Below, in pieces: positions 29,025-39,151 of a DNA stretch of 64,000 nt. Source of the DNA: an uncultured Aliarcobacter sp. (GTDB lineage: Bacteria; Campylobacterota; Campylobacteria; Campylobacterales; Arcobacteraceae). Made by a program: the position numbers and the translations under genes. The notes below the pieces were generated by a model. That model saw nothing but the letters and a program-made list of their open reading frames with translations, had not been told where the DNA came from and did not search any database. Within the stretch, counting starts at the first letter, position 1. The number at the start of each line of letters is the position of its first letter. The stretch lies in contig OY781945.1 in NCBI GenBank assembly GCA_963677435.1, positions 1,600,001-1,664,000 of the forward strand, in the 5' to 3' direction.

Positions 29025-31934
29025 ATGAGCAGACAAAATGAAGCGATACTTGAAAATAACCTTATTAAACAACTTATTAGTTTAAAGTATGAAAAAGTAG
29101 ATATAAAAGATGATAAAGATTTAGAAACAAATCTTAAATCTCAACTAGAACTTCATAATAAAACAAGCATAAGTGAGAGTGAATTTAAAAAGATACTCAA
29201 CCACTTAAATGGTGGAAGTGTATTTGAAAAAGCCAAAAAATTACGAGATAAGTATGTTTTAACTCATGATGATGGAACGACTTCGTATATAGAGTTTTTG
29301 GATAGTGAACATTGGTGTCAAAACCTTTTTCAAGTAACAAATCAAATCAGTATAAATGGAACTTATAAAAACAGATACGATGTAACTCTTTTGATAAATG
29401 GTTTCCCACTTGTTCAAATAGAACTTAAAAGAAGAGGATTAGAACTCAAAGAAGCTTTTAATCAAATCAATCGTTACCAAAGACACTCTTATGGCTCAAA
29501 CAGCGCATTGTTTCACTATATTCAAATCTTTATTATTAGTAATGGTGTAAATACAAAATATTATGCCAACAACAAAAAACAAAGTTTCAAACAAACATTT
29601 TTTTGGGCAAGTAAAGAGAATAAAAATATTACAAATATAGAAAAGTTTACAAGCACATTTTTAGAGCGATGTCATATCTCTAAGATGATATGTAAGTATA
29701 TTGTTTTAGCTGAAGTTGATAAAATACTTATGGTTCTGCGACCGTATCAATTTTATGCGGTTGAAGCTATTATTGAGCAAGTAAATACTTCAAAAAGAAA
29801 TGGTTATATTTGGCATACAACTGGAAGTGGTAAAACTCTAACTTCATTTAAAACTGCACAAATACTTATGAAGTTGCCAAAAGTAGATAAAGTAGTTTTT
29901 GTAGTAGATAGAAAAGATTTGGATTTTCAAACAACAAAAGAGTTTAATTCATTTAGTGATGGAAGTGTAGATGGTACTGATAATACAAAAGCTTTAGTAA
30001 AACAGTTTGGTGATGATACTAAGTTAATCGTAACAACAATACAAAAACTAAATACAGCAATAAATAAAAAACAATACCTAGAAAAGATGGAAAAACAAAA
30101 AGATAAACACATTGTATTTATCTTTGATGAATGCCATAGAAGTCAGTTTGGTGAAACCCATCTAAATATCAATAAATTTTTTACAAACAATCAAATGATA
30201 GGATTTACAGGAACACCAATATTCCCTGAAAATGCTATGGGAAATAAACTGGGTAAAAGAACCACAGCAGACCTTTTTGATGATAGACTTCATAGATATG
30301 TAATAACAGATGCAATCAATGATGACAATGTCTTGAAATTCTCAGTTGAGTATATAGGAAGATATAAAGAAAAAGAGGGAAGTGCTACAAATATTGATAT
30401 TGAAGTAGAAGATATAGATAGGGAAGAACTACTACAAAGTGAAGATAGAATTGAAAAAATAGTAGATTATATTATCGCTAATCATGGAAGAAAAACTCAT
30501 AATAAAGACTTTACAGCAATGATGACGGTGAGTAGTGTTGAAATGCTTACAAAATATTATGAAACATTTAGAAGTAAAGAACACAATCTAAAAATAGCAA
30601 CAATATTCTCATATAGTGCAAATGAAGATGATAAAGATGCAAATGGTTTGTATGAATCAGATGGAGCACATATTGATGAAGAGCATATCAATAAACATAG
30701 TCGTGAAAAACTTGATGAGTATATAGCTGATTATAATAAGATATTTGGGACAAAATACAGTACAAAAGATAGTAAGACTTTTTATAACTATTACAATGAA
30801 TTATCAAAAAGAGTAAAAAAAGGTGAAGTGGATTTACTTCTTGTGGTAAATATGTTTTTAACTGGATTTGATAGTAAAAGACTGAATACTTTGTATGTGG
30901 ATAAAAGCTTAAAATATCATGGACTTATTCAAGCCTTTTCACGAACAAATAGAATACTTGATGAGAGAAAATCTCAAGGGAATATTGTTTGTTTTAGAAA
31001 TATCAAAAAAGCCACAGATGATGCTATTGCACTTTTTTCAAAAGAAGAAGCAAAAGATATTATACTTATGCAACCTTATGAAGAATATGTTATAAAGTTT
31101 AATGAAGCTTTTATAAATCTTATAAAAATAGCTCCAAGTGTTAGTAGTGTAGATAGATTAATAAGCGAAGATGATAAATTGGAATTTATCAAAGCATTTA
31201 GAGAATTGATGAGATTAAAAAATATCTTAGAAGGATTTAGTGATTTTAAATGGTCTGATTTATCTATGAGTGAGCAGATGTTTGAAGATTATAAATCAAA
31301 ATATCTTGATATGTATGAGAAAATAAAAAGTGAAAGAACTCAAGGAAGTGAAAAAGTATCAATACTTGAAGATGTAGATTTTGAACTTGAACTTATCCAT
31401 AAAGATGAGATAAATGTAGCATATATTTTAAAACTATTAGCAAAATACAAAGATTCAACAGAAGATGAAAAACAAAGACAACGAGATAATATCTCAAATA
31501 TTTTGACAAATAATCCACAACTAAGAAGTAAAAAAGAACTTATAGAGAAATTTATCAATGAAAACCTTTATTCAATTAATGAAGATGATATTGAAGATGA
31601 ATTTGATAAGTTTTGGGAAGAACAAAAAGACCAAGCATATAAAGAGTTGTGTAGTGAAGAAAATCTTGATTGTAAAGAAGTGCGAAAAGTTGTAGATAAA
31701 TATATCTATGAACAAAGAGTTCCTCTAAAAGATGAAATAGTACATACCCTAAAAGTAAAACCAAAACTTTTGGAAAGACAAAAAATCATACCAAGAGTTT
31801 TGAATAAAATTGTAACTTTTGTAGAAAAATTTTATGATGATATGGGGACACAAAGTAATATCGCATCAAATAGTGAGTATAACGCTATTGAAAATGAACT
31901 TTTAGTTGCAGAGATAAAACCAGAATATACCTAA
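29025..31934 (+). CDS. hsdR: Type I restriction endonuclease subunit R
   Basis: D..LLING.PLVQIELK nuclease motif, HTTGSGKT, DECHR, FTGTP, MFLTGFD and QAFSRTNR. Confidence 0.97.
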   Translation: MSRQNEAILENNLIKQLISLKYEKVDIKDDKDLETNLKSQLELHNKTSISESEFKKILNHLNGGSVFEKAKKLRDKYVLTHDDGTTSYIEFLDSEHWCQNLFQVTNQISINGTYKNRYDVTLLINGFPLVQIELKRRGLELKEAFNQINRYQRHSYGSNSALFHYIQIFIISNGVNTKYYANNKKQSFKQTFFWASKENKNITNIEKFTSTFLERCHISKMICKYIVLAEVDKILMVLRPYQFYAVEAIIEQVNTSKRNGYIWHTTGSGKTLTSFKTAQILMKLPKVDKVVFVVDRKDLDFQTTKEFNSFSDGSVDGTDNTKALVKQFGDDTKLIVTTIQKLNTAINKKQYLEKMEKQKDKHIVFIFDECHRSQFGETHLNINKFFTNNQMIGFTGTPIFPENAMGNKLGKRTTADLFDDRLHRYVITDAINDDNVLKFSVEYIGRYKEKEGSATNIDIEVEDIDREELLQSEDRIEKIVDYIIANHGRKTHNKDFTAMMTVSSVEMLTKYYETFRSKEHNLKIATIFSYSANEDDKDANGLYESDGAHIDEEHINKHSREKLDEYIADYNKIFGTKYSTKDSKTFYNYYNELSKRVKKGEVDLLLVVNMFLTGFDSKRLNTLYVDKSLKYHGLIQAFSRTNRILDERKSQGNIVCFRNIKKATDDAIALFSKEEAKDIILMQPYEEYVIKFNEAFINLIKIAPSVSSVDRLISEDDKLEFIKAFRELMRLKNILEGFSDFKWSDLSMSEQMFEDYKSKYLDMYEKIKSERTQGSEKVSILEDVDFELELIHKDEINVAYILKLLAKYKDSTEDEKQRQRDNISNILTNNPQLRSKKELIEKFINENLYSINEDDIEDEFDKFWEEQKDQAYKELCSEENLDCKEVRKVVDKYIYEQRVPLKDEIVHTLKVKPKLLERQKIIPRVLNKIVTFVEKFYDDMGTQSNIASNSEYNAIENELLVAEIKPEYT

Positions 31935-31935
31935 G

Positions 31936-31973
31936 AAACTATCTGATTATTTCAAAGAATAATCAGATAGTTT
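31936..31973. terminator. Perfect 16-bp inverted repeat between convergent genes
   Basis: AAACTATCTGATTATT-tcaaag-AATAATCAGATAGTTT, overlapping the deacetylase 3' end. Confidence 0.6.
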
Positions 31974-32741
31974 TACAAATTTGTAGCCTTCTTCTTTTAG
32001 TTTTTTAATAACTCTTATAATTCCTTCTCTTGTGTGAGATTCTGGATGATTAAATTGAACTACTGCGATTTCGCCACCTTGTACATTTGCGAATGCTTCT
32101 TCGATTTTTTTAGCGCTATAAGTTGCACCAGCATCACCTAATACAGAAAAACCAACAACTTCATGTCTTAAACTATTTGCAATTTTTACAGCAACTTCAT
32201 CATAATGAGCTGTTCCTGCACGGTAATATCTTGTTTTTTTATGAGTTATTGCTTCGATTTTTTTTGCGTTTAATTCTATTTCATCAACAAGTTCAGAAAT
32301 ATTTGCAGTTCCTTGCATTCCATGTACAGATTTTCCATTTACAGATGCTGGTTTATATTCATAACCATGATTTTCTATTTCAAAAAGTGGATTTAAAGCT
32401 AAAGTTTTTACTACTTCCATATTTTTATCAATCCATTTTCCCCCAACAAATAGTGTTGCAGGAATTTTTTCTTTTTCTAAATAAGCAATTAGATGGCTAT
32501 CATATCCTGTTCCACCTTTTCTCCCTGAAGCATCAAGAGTAAGAGCAATAACTTTATTTTTTGTTTTAAGTTTGGTTTTAATACCTGCTACATTTTCTCC
32601 CCATTCTTTAGGTTCTTTATTTTGGTATTTTTTCTCTACGGTTTGTTTTAATTTCTCATAATTATCACTAGAATTAGTAGAAGCCGAATTAGCATTTAAA
32701 GCTAAAATACATAGAGTTAAAAAAATATAATATTTTTTCAT
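31947..32741 (-). CDS. Secreted polysaccharide deacetylase (NodB/CE4 family)
   Basis: Signal peptide, IALTLDA, PATLFV.G.W, EIENHG and GY.FV.L. Confidence 0.85.
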   Translation of the reverse strand: MKKYYIFLTLCILALNANSASTNSSDNYEKLKQTVEKKYQNKEPKEWGENVAGIKTKLKTKNKVIALTLDASGRKGGTGYDSHLIAYLEKEKIPATLFVGGKWIDKNMEVVKTLALNPLFEIENHGYEYKPASVNGKSVHGMQGTANISELVDEIELNAKKIEAITHKKTRYYRAGTAHYDEVAVKIANSLRHEVVGFSVLGDAGATYSAKKIEEAFANVQGGEIAVVQFNHPESHTREGIIRVIKKLKEEGYKFVKLSDYSLK

Positions 32742-32884
32742 TTGTTACCTTTTATTTATTTTTTTTGTATTATACAATATATAGGTTATTATACTTGATT
32801 TTGCTTATAGTTATTTAAACTAAATTTGATATGATTACAAATAAAATAATAAAATAAACTATATTTCTTTACTAAGGATTAAAT

Positions 32885-33568
32885 ATGAATGAAGAATTTA
32901 ATGAATATTTCAACAGACAAATAAAACTTTGGGGTCAAGATACACAAGACTCTCTTCAAAATAAAAAAGTAGCAATCATTGGAAGTGGTGGTCTTGGTTG
33001 TACTTTAGGAATCGCTTTAGGAGCTTCTGGAATAGGGGAGTTTACTTTTGTGGATTTTGATACGGTTGGAGTTCATAATATCCATAGACAAATAGGTTTC
33101 AAAGTTGGTGATGATGGGAAATACAAAGCAGAAGTTTTAAAAGAACTTATGGAATCAAGATGTCCTTATGTAAAAGTAAATGCCTATACAGAAAGTTTTG
33201 ATGAGTTTGCAAAAAGAGATTTGACTTTTGATTTAATAATAGATGCAACTGATAATCTTCCAACACGAGCAGCTATAAATGAATATTGTATAAAACACAA
33301 TCAACCTTGGATTTATGGTAGCGTTGAAGAGTTTCATGGTCAAGTTTGTTTCTTTGAAAAAGCCTCTTATGAAGCAGTTTTTCAAATAAATGATAGAAAA
33401 CCAAATGGAATTGCTTGTCCAATAGTTATGCATATAGGTTCACTTCAAGCAAATTTAGCGCTTAGATACTTAGCTGGTCTTAGTGTAAAAAAAGATGTTT
33501 TATATTATCTATCGTTTGATAGCGAGGGTGTAATAAACACTAAAAAATTCAATCTTCCAACAGTTTAA
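32885..33568 (+). CDS. ThiF/MoeB-family adenylyltransferase
   Basis: RQI.LWG...Q..L, IGSGGLG, D.D.V..HN.HRQ and D.TDN...R. Confidence 0.9.
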   Translation: MNEEFNEYFNRQIKLWGQDTQDSLQNKKVAIIGSGGLGCTLGIALGASGIGEFTFVDFDTVGVHNIHRQIGFKVGDDGKYKAEVLKELMESRCPYVKVNAYTESFDEFAKRDLTFDLIIDATDNLPTRAAINEYCIKHNQPWIYGSVEEFHGQVCFFEKASYEAVFQINDRKPNGIACPIVMHIGSLQANLALRYLAGLSVKKDVLYYLSFDSEGVINTKKFNLPTV

Positions 33569-33583
33569 AATTAGGAGTAATAA

Positions 33584-34210
33584 ATGCTTTCACTAGAAAC
33601 GATAATAACTTTTTTCTCGGCTTCACTTTTATTAGCACTTGTGCCTGGACCTGATAATATCTTTGTTTTAACACAATCTATATTTCAAGGGAAAAAATCA
33701 GGATTGATGATAGTTTTTGGTTTATGTACAGGGCTTATTTTTCACACATTGGCTGTGAGTTTAGGTGTTGCTGTTATTTTTCAAACTTCTGTAATTGCCT
33801 TTACAATTCTAAAAATTGTTGGTGCTGTTTATCTTCTTTATCTTGCATGGCAAATTTTCCATGCTTCAAGTGAAAAGATTGATACAAAAAATAATAAATT
33901 TATTGATTATAAGAAACTTTATTATCGAGGAATTATTATGAATATTACAAACCCAAAAGTATCAATTTTTTTCTTGGCTTTTTTACCCCAATTTACAAAT
34001 GCAAATTTAGGTTTTGTACCATTTCAAATGATACTTTTAGGAGTTCTCTTTATAATAGCTACAGTTTTAGTATTTGGCTCAATAGCACTTCTTTCAGGTA
34101 CTTTAGCAAATGTTTTTAACAAATCTGAAAATTCTCAAATGATCTTAAATAAGCTGGCTTCATTTGTGTTTGTGGCACTTGCAGTAAAACTAGCAATGAC
34201 TAAACAATAG
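33584..34210 (+). CDS. LysE/RhtB family amino-acid exporter
   Basis: PGPD, G..YL.YLA and N..NPK..IFF.AFLPQF. Confidence 0.92.
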   Translation: MLSLETIITFFSASLLLALVPGPDNIFVLTQSIFQGKKSGLMIVFGLCTGLIFHTLAVSLGVAVIFQTSVIAFTILKIVGAVYLLYLAWQIFHASSEKIDTKNNKFIDYKKLYYRGIIMNITNPKVSIFFLAFLPQFTNANLGFVPFQMILLGVLFIIATVLVFGSIALLSGTLANVFNKSENSQMILNKLASFVFVALAVKLAMTKQ

Positions 34211-34284
34211 GCGTATAACCCAATCTTAAGACCTTTTTAGATACACTATCCGAATTTTATAAAATATATATACGGGGAATTTTT

Positions 34285-37200
34285 ATGCCAAAAAGAGAAG
34301 ATATAAAGTCTATTTTACTTATCGGTTCTGGGCCAATTGTTATTGGTCAAGCATGCGAGTTTGATTACTCTGGTACACAAGCTACAAAAACGCTGAAAGA
34401 ATTAGGATATAGAGTTGTTTTAATAAATTCTAATCCAGCAACGATCATGACTGATCCTGAATTTGCTGATAAAACTTACATTGAACCAATTACAGAAGCT
34501 GTAGTTGCGAAGATAATTGAAAAAGAAAAAATTGATGCTATATTACCTACTATGGGTGGACAAACAGCACTTAATGTTGCAACTTCAATGTATGATAAGG
34601 GAATGTTAGATGGTGTAGCTTTCCTTGGGGCTCATCCAGATGCAATTAAAAAAGGTGAAGATAGACATCTTTTTAATGAAGCAATGATAAAAATTGGTAT
34701 GGATTTACCAAGAAGTGCAAATGCTTATAGCGTTGAAGAAGCTATGAGAGTAGCAAAAGAAATTGGTTTCCCAGTAATCTCAAGAGCTTCATTTACACTT
34801 GCAGGTGGTGGGAGCGGTGTTGCTTATAATATGGAAGAATTCAAAAAACTTGCAGAAGCAGGGATAGAAGCATCTCCAATTAACGAAATTGAAATTATGG
34901 AATCTATGCTTGGATGGAAAGAATACGAGATGGAAGTTATCAGAGATAATAAAGATAACTGTATTATCGTATGTTCTATTGAAAACTTAGACCCAATGGG
35001 TGTACATACAGGAGATTCTGTAACAATTGCACCAGCTCTTACACTTACAGATAAAGAATATCAAGATATGAGAAATGCCTCTTTTGCAATTCTTAGAGAA
35101 ATTGGTGTTGATACTGGTGGTTCAAATGTTCAATTCTCAATCTGTCCAAATACAGGAAGAATGATTGTAATTGAAATGAATCCAAGGGTTTCAAGATCAT
35201 CTGCACTTGCATCAAAAGCAACTGGTTATCCAATCGCAAAAGTAGCAACATTACTAGCTGTTGGATTTACACTTGATGAAATTCAAAATGATATTACAGG
35301 AACAACTGCATCGTTTGAGCCAGTAATTGATTATGTTGTTACTAAAATCCCAAGATTTACTTTTGAAAAATTCCCTAAAGCAGACTCAACACTTACAACT
35401 TCTATGAAATCAGTTGGTGAAGTAATGGCAATTGGAAGAACATTTAACGAATCTATCCAAAAAGCTCTTTGTTCGCTAGAAACTGGACTTGTAGGATTTG
35501 ATAGAATCGCTGGTGATTTTGATTTCATTAAAAAAGAGATAAGAAGACCAAATGATAAAAGACTTTTATACCTAATGGAAGGTATGAGACAAGGTTTATC
35601 AAATGATGATATTTTTGAATTATCAAAAATTGACCCATGGTTCTTATCTAAATTCAGAGAAATATTTAACTTAGAAACATCAATAAATGAATCAATTTTA
35701 AGTGATGCTGATTTTATGAGAAAAATCAAAACAAATGGATTTAGCGATAAAATGATTGCAAATCTAATTGGTAAAACAGAAGAAGATGTATATCTTGCTA
35801 GAAAAGCTTTAGATGTTGATTTTGAGTACAACGAAGTTGATACTTGTGCAGCAGAATTTAAAGCTTTAACACCATATTTATATTCAACTACAAATATCAC
35901 AAAACTGCCAAAAGTTGCAAAAGTTGAATCAGACGAGAAAAAAGTAATGATTATTGGTGGTGGACCAAATAGAATTGGTCAAGGAATTGAGTTTGATTAT
36001 TGTTGTGTACACGCATCATTTGCATTAAATGAAATGGGTGTAAAAACAATTATGTATAACTGCAACCCTGAAACTGTATCAACAGATTATGATACTTCAG
36101 ATGTTTTATACTTTGAACCAATTGATTTTGAACATGTAAGAAGCGTAGTTGAAAAAGAGAATCCAGATGGTGTAATCGTACACTTTGGTGGACAAACTCC
36201 ACTTAAACTTGCAAATGCTTTAACAAAAGCAGGGGCGAAAATCATAGGAACAACTGCTGAAGTTATTGACTTAGCAGAAGACAGAAAAAAATTCTCAGCA
36301 TTTGTTGAAAATATTGGATTATTACAACCTGAAAATGGAACAGCTGTAGAAGTAACAGAAGCTATACAAATCGCTGAAAAAATTGGTTATCCAGTTTTAG
36401 TAAGACCTTCATTTGTACTTGGTGGAAGAGGAATGAAAATTGTTTATTCAACAGATGAATTAAAACAATACATGGACGAAGCAGTTTCAGTTTCAAATGA
36501 TGCACCTGTTTTAATAGACAAATTCTTAGATAGAGCAATTGAACTTGATGTTGATTGTATTTGTGATGGAAAAGAAGTTTATATTGGTGGAATTATGCAA
36601 CATATCGAAGAAGCTGGGATTCACTCAGGGGATTCAGCTTGTTCATTACCTCCAATCTCAATTTCAGATGATTTAATTAAACAATTAGAAACAAAAACAA
36701 AAGAGATGGCTTTAGGTCTTGGTGTTGTTGGTTTAATGAATACTCAATATGCAATTCACAAAGGTCAAATTTACCTAATTGAAGTAAATCCAAGAGCTTC
36801 TAGAACAGTTCCATTTGTATCAAAAGCTACAGGAATGCCACTTGCAAAAGTTGCAACTAGAGTTATGTGGGGTGAAACTTTAAGAGCTGCATTAGCTGTT
36901 TATGATAAAGATATTGTAACTGAGGGTAATGGTGTATTAAAACCAAAATTAAAAGGTCATGTAGCTGTTAAAGAAGCTGTATTCCCATTTAATAAATTAT
37001 CTGGTGCTGATTTATTATTAAGTCCTGAAATGAAATCAACTGGTGAAGTTATGGGTATTTCTGATAGTTTTGGAATGGCATTTGCTAAATCACAAACTGC
37101 TGCAAAAAATGACCTTCCAAAAGGTGGAAAAGTATTTATTTCATTATGTGATTTAGATAAAGAGTTTGCACCAAGTATCGCAAAAGGTTTAAGTGAAAAT

Positions 37201-37527
37201 GGCTTTACAATCGTAGCAACGGGTGGAACTTATACTATTATAAATGAAGCTGGTGTTGCTTGTGAAAAAGTATTAAAAGTTAGTGAGGGAAGACCAAATA
37301 TCACAGATTTACTTACAAATGGTGATATTGCAATGGCAATTAACACAAGTGAAGCAAAAGAGTCATCAAAAGATGATGGTAAAGATATTAGAAGATCAGT
37401 TTTAAGAATGAATGTTCCATACTTTACAACAGTAGCAGCTGCAAATGCCGCAGTTGAAGCAATCAAAGTTTTAAAAACAAATGATGTTTCAACACCTAAA
37501 TCAATCCAAGAATTCTTAAACGATTAA
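34285..37527 (+). CDS. carB: Carbamoyl-phosphate synthase large subunit
   Basis: [25 protein letters not shown], duplicated ATP-grasp domains and an MGS domain. Confidence 0.99.
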   Translation: MPKREDIKSILLIGSGPIVIGQACEFDYSGTQATKTLKELGYRVVLINSNPATIMTDPEFADKTYIEPITEAVVAKIIEKEKIDAILPTMGGQTALNVATSMYDKGMLDGVAFLGAHPDAIKKGEDRHLFNEAMIKIGMDLPRSANAYSVEEAMRVAKEIGFPVISRASFTLAGGGSGVAYNMEEFKKLAEAGIEASPINEIEIMESMLGWKEYEMEVIRDNKDNCIIVCSIENLDPMGVHTGDSVTIAPALTLTDKEYQDMRNASFAILREIGVDTGGSNVQFSICPNTGRMIVIEMNPRVSRSSALASKATGYPIAKVATLLAVGFTLDEIQNDITGTTASFEPVIDYVVTKIPRFTFEKFPKADSTLTTSMKSVGEVMAIGRTFNESIQKALCSLETGLVGFDRIAGDFDFIKKEIRRPNDKRLLYLMEGMRQGLSNDDIFELSKIDPWFLSKFREIFNLETSINESILSDADFMRKIKTNGFSDKMIANLIGKTEEDVYLARKALDVDFEYNEVDTCAAEFKALTPYLYSTTNITKLPKVAKVESDEKKVMIIGGGPNRIGQGIEFDYCCVHASFALNEMGVKTIMYNCNPETVSTDYDTSDVLYFEPIDFEHVRSVVEKENPDGVIVHFGGQTPLKLANALTKAGAKIIGTTAEVIDLAEDRKKFSAFVENIGLLQPENGTAVEVTEAIQIAEKIGYPVLVRPSFVLGGRGMKIVYSTDELKQYMDEAVSVSNDAPVLIDKFLDRAIELDVDCICDGKEVYIGGIMQHIEEAGIHSGDSACSLPPISISDDLIKQLETKTKEMALGLGVVGLMNTQYAIHKGQIYLIEVNPRASRTVPFVSKATGMPLAKVATRVMWGETLRAALAVYDKDIVTEGNGVLKPKLKGHVAVKEAVFPFNKLSGADLLLSPEMKSTGEVMGISDSFGMAFAKSQTAAKNDLPKGGKVFISLCDLDKEFAPSIAKGLSENGFTIVATGGTYTIINEAGVACEKVLKVSEGRPNITDLLTNGDIAMAINTSEAKESSKDDGKDIRRSVLRMNVPYFTTVAAANAAVEAIKVLKTNDVSTPKSIQEFLND

Positions 37528-37533
37528 GAGCTC

Positions 37534-37977
37534 ATGGATTCTTCTTTAGTTTATCTAGTACAAACTGATACAACAGTGGGTTTCTCATCTTATAATGATG
37601 AGAAACTCTCTTTAATAAAACAAAGACCTACATCAAAAAAAATACTTCATACAGTGGATTCTTTTAAGACTTTAACTCAGCATACACGAGTTCCAAAAAG
37701 TTTTAGAAAAAAAGTAAGAAATAGTAAAAGAACAACTTTTGTATATCCAAATACAAAGTCATTTAGAGTTGTGCCTAAAAATTCTGATTTTTATGATTTT
37801 ATTCATAAATTCAATATTTTGTATTCAACATCAGCAAATAAAACAGCTGAAAGTTTTGATAAAGATTTTGCAACAATTGGAGCTGATATTTTAGTTGAAG
37901 ATAAAAAAGGTTTTTATGAGACAAAAGCTTCAACAATAATAAAACTCTCGAAAAAAGCCCTAAAGAAACTAAGATAA
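37534..37977 (+). CDS. Short Sua5/YrdC (TsaC-like) family protein
   Basis: QTDTTVG, K.R...K, STSAN and ASTI motifs. Confidence 0.8.
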   Translation: MDSSLVYLVQTDTTVGFSSYNDEKLSLIKQRPTSKKILHTVDSFKTLTQHTRVPKSFRKKVRNSKRTTFVYPNTKSFRVVPKNSDFYDFIHKFNILYSTSANKTAESFDKDFATIGADILVEDKKGFYETKASTIIKLSKKALKKLR

Positions 37978-38037
37978 TAATCAGTTTTAAGCAAAAACAA
38001 ACTCAAACTAAAATATAATCCTACTCCTAAAAAAATT

Positions 38038-38113
38038 GACCCTGTCGTCTAGTGGCCAAGGACGTCTGGATTTCCTCCAGAACACGCATGTTCGAATCAT
38101 GCTGGGGTCGCCA
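38038..38113 (+). tRNA. tRNA-Glu (UUC)
   Basis: Cloverleaf: acceptor GACCCTG/TGGGGTC, D stem GTCT/GGAC (U11-A24, U13-G22), anticodon stem TCTGG/CCAGA with loop ATTTCCT, 4-nt variable loop, T arm GCATG-TTCGAAT-CATGC, G73 and encoded CCA. TATAAT lies upstream at 38014. Confidence 0.92.
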
Positions 38114-38264
38114 TTGATTTAAAGGGCTTTGTTGAAATTTACATTCCCTCTAAAGATGAAAAAATCTAATACTTTACTACTAATATATCTTCTTTTAATT
38201 ATTTTAATAAAAATAATTTGATTTCTTAAGTATCTAAAATAAAATAAGTGGAGTATAAATTAAA

Positions 38265-38520
38265 TTGAAAAATATACTAAAGAATTTAAAGATTCAATAA
38301 TTGAACTTGTAATTAATAATAAATCAACATATAAAATAGCACAAAATTTAGATATTAATGAAACTTAATATAGCTAGATAAAGGCATATAAAAAAGTAAA
38401 TAATATTCATTCAGATTACGAAAAAGTATCCAAAAATCTTTTCAAGAGAAACTTATGGTATAAGGATATTCAAAGAAATTCTTATAGATATGGATTTGTT
38501 GTTTCTAAAAGAAATATTTG
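38265..38520 (+). pseudogene. Degenerate IS3-family transposase remnant
   Basis: Reads KYTKEFKDSIIELVINN..TYKIAQNLDINET*YS*IKAYKK (OrfA HTH-like), then SRETYG.R (OrfB-like); contains stops and deletions. Confidence 0.7.
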
Positions 38521-38617
38521 ATTGTTTTTATCCTAAAAATGTTGAAAAATCAGAAAATTTGGTATAATGCAAAAAAATATAAATAATTTAGTTAAATAAT
38601 GTAAAAAAGGGTAATAA

Positions 38618-38995
38618 TTGAAAAACTCATTACAAAATCAATTCATATATTTAATGTGTTTAATATTTTTAATTTTTGCTTTTTTACCTGTGCTAAAAAG
38701 TGAAAAAATAAATATAATATTCATTATTTTACCTTTTGTCATATTTTTGATGAATGTGTTTTTCCCAAAGCTATTTACACCTATTTTTTTAGCGTGGATG
38801 TTTATAGGTAAAATTTTAGAAAAAATAATTCCACCAATAATAATGAGTATAATTTTTTTTACTTTATTCTTGCCAATTGGTTTTTTTTTAAAGCTAATTG
38901 GAAAAGATTTACTTAATAAAAAATTTGAAAAAGAAAAAGAATCTTACTGGATTATTAGAAATGAAGAAATTCAATCAATGAGGTATCAATTTTAA
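38618..38995 (+). CDS. SxtJ-family membrane protein
   Basis: AWM..G..L..I...IIM..IFF.LF.PIG...KL.GKD.L......SYW........M..QF; TTG start. Confidence 0.85.
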   Translation: MKNSLQNQFIYLMCLIFLIFAFLPVLKSEKINIIFIILPFVIFLMNVFFPKLFTPIFLAWMFIGKILEKIIPPIIMSIIFFTLFLPIGFFLKLIGKDLLNKKFEKEKESYWIIRNEEIQSMRYQF

Positions 38996-38997
38996 TT

Positions 38998-39150
38998 ATG
39001 ATTAGTTTTATTAAAGAAATGTGGCTTTTTTTAAAAATAAGAAAAAAATTTTGGTTATTACCAATTATTATAATAATGCTTTTAATGTCTTTTATTATTG
39101 TTTTTTCTCAAGGAACTGTAATATCACCTTTTGTTTATACACTATTTTAA
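38998..39150 (+). CDS. SxtK/DUF5989-like small membrane protein (50 aa)
   Basis: Not in the ORF track. MISFIKEMWLFLKIRKKFWLLPIIIIMLLMSFIIVFSQGTVISPFVYTLF* fills the gap between the sxtJ-like gene and the carbamoyltransferase. Confidence 0.9.
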   Translation: MISFIKEMWLFLKIRKKFWLLPIIIIMLLMSFIIVFSQGTVISPFVYTLF

Positions 39151-39151
39151 T

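Noticed and set aside
35331..35900. 189-aa antisense ORF in carB, and similar shadow ORFs in ftsZ, fliP, arsC, hsdR, metX and others
   Set aside because: They lie opposite well-conserved genes and have no recognisable motifs; they are expected codon-bias shadows.
39131..39151. Track start of the carbamoyltransferase at 39131
   Set aside because: It overlaps the SxtK-like ORF; the family-typical N-terminus begins at ATG 39152.
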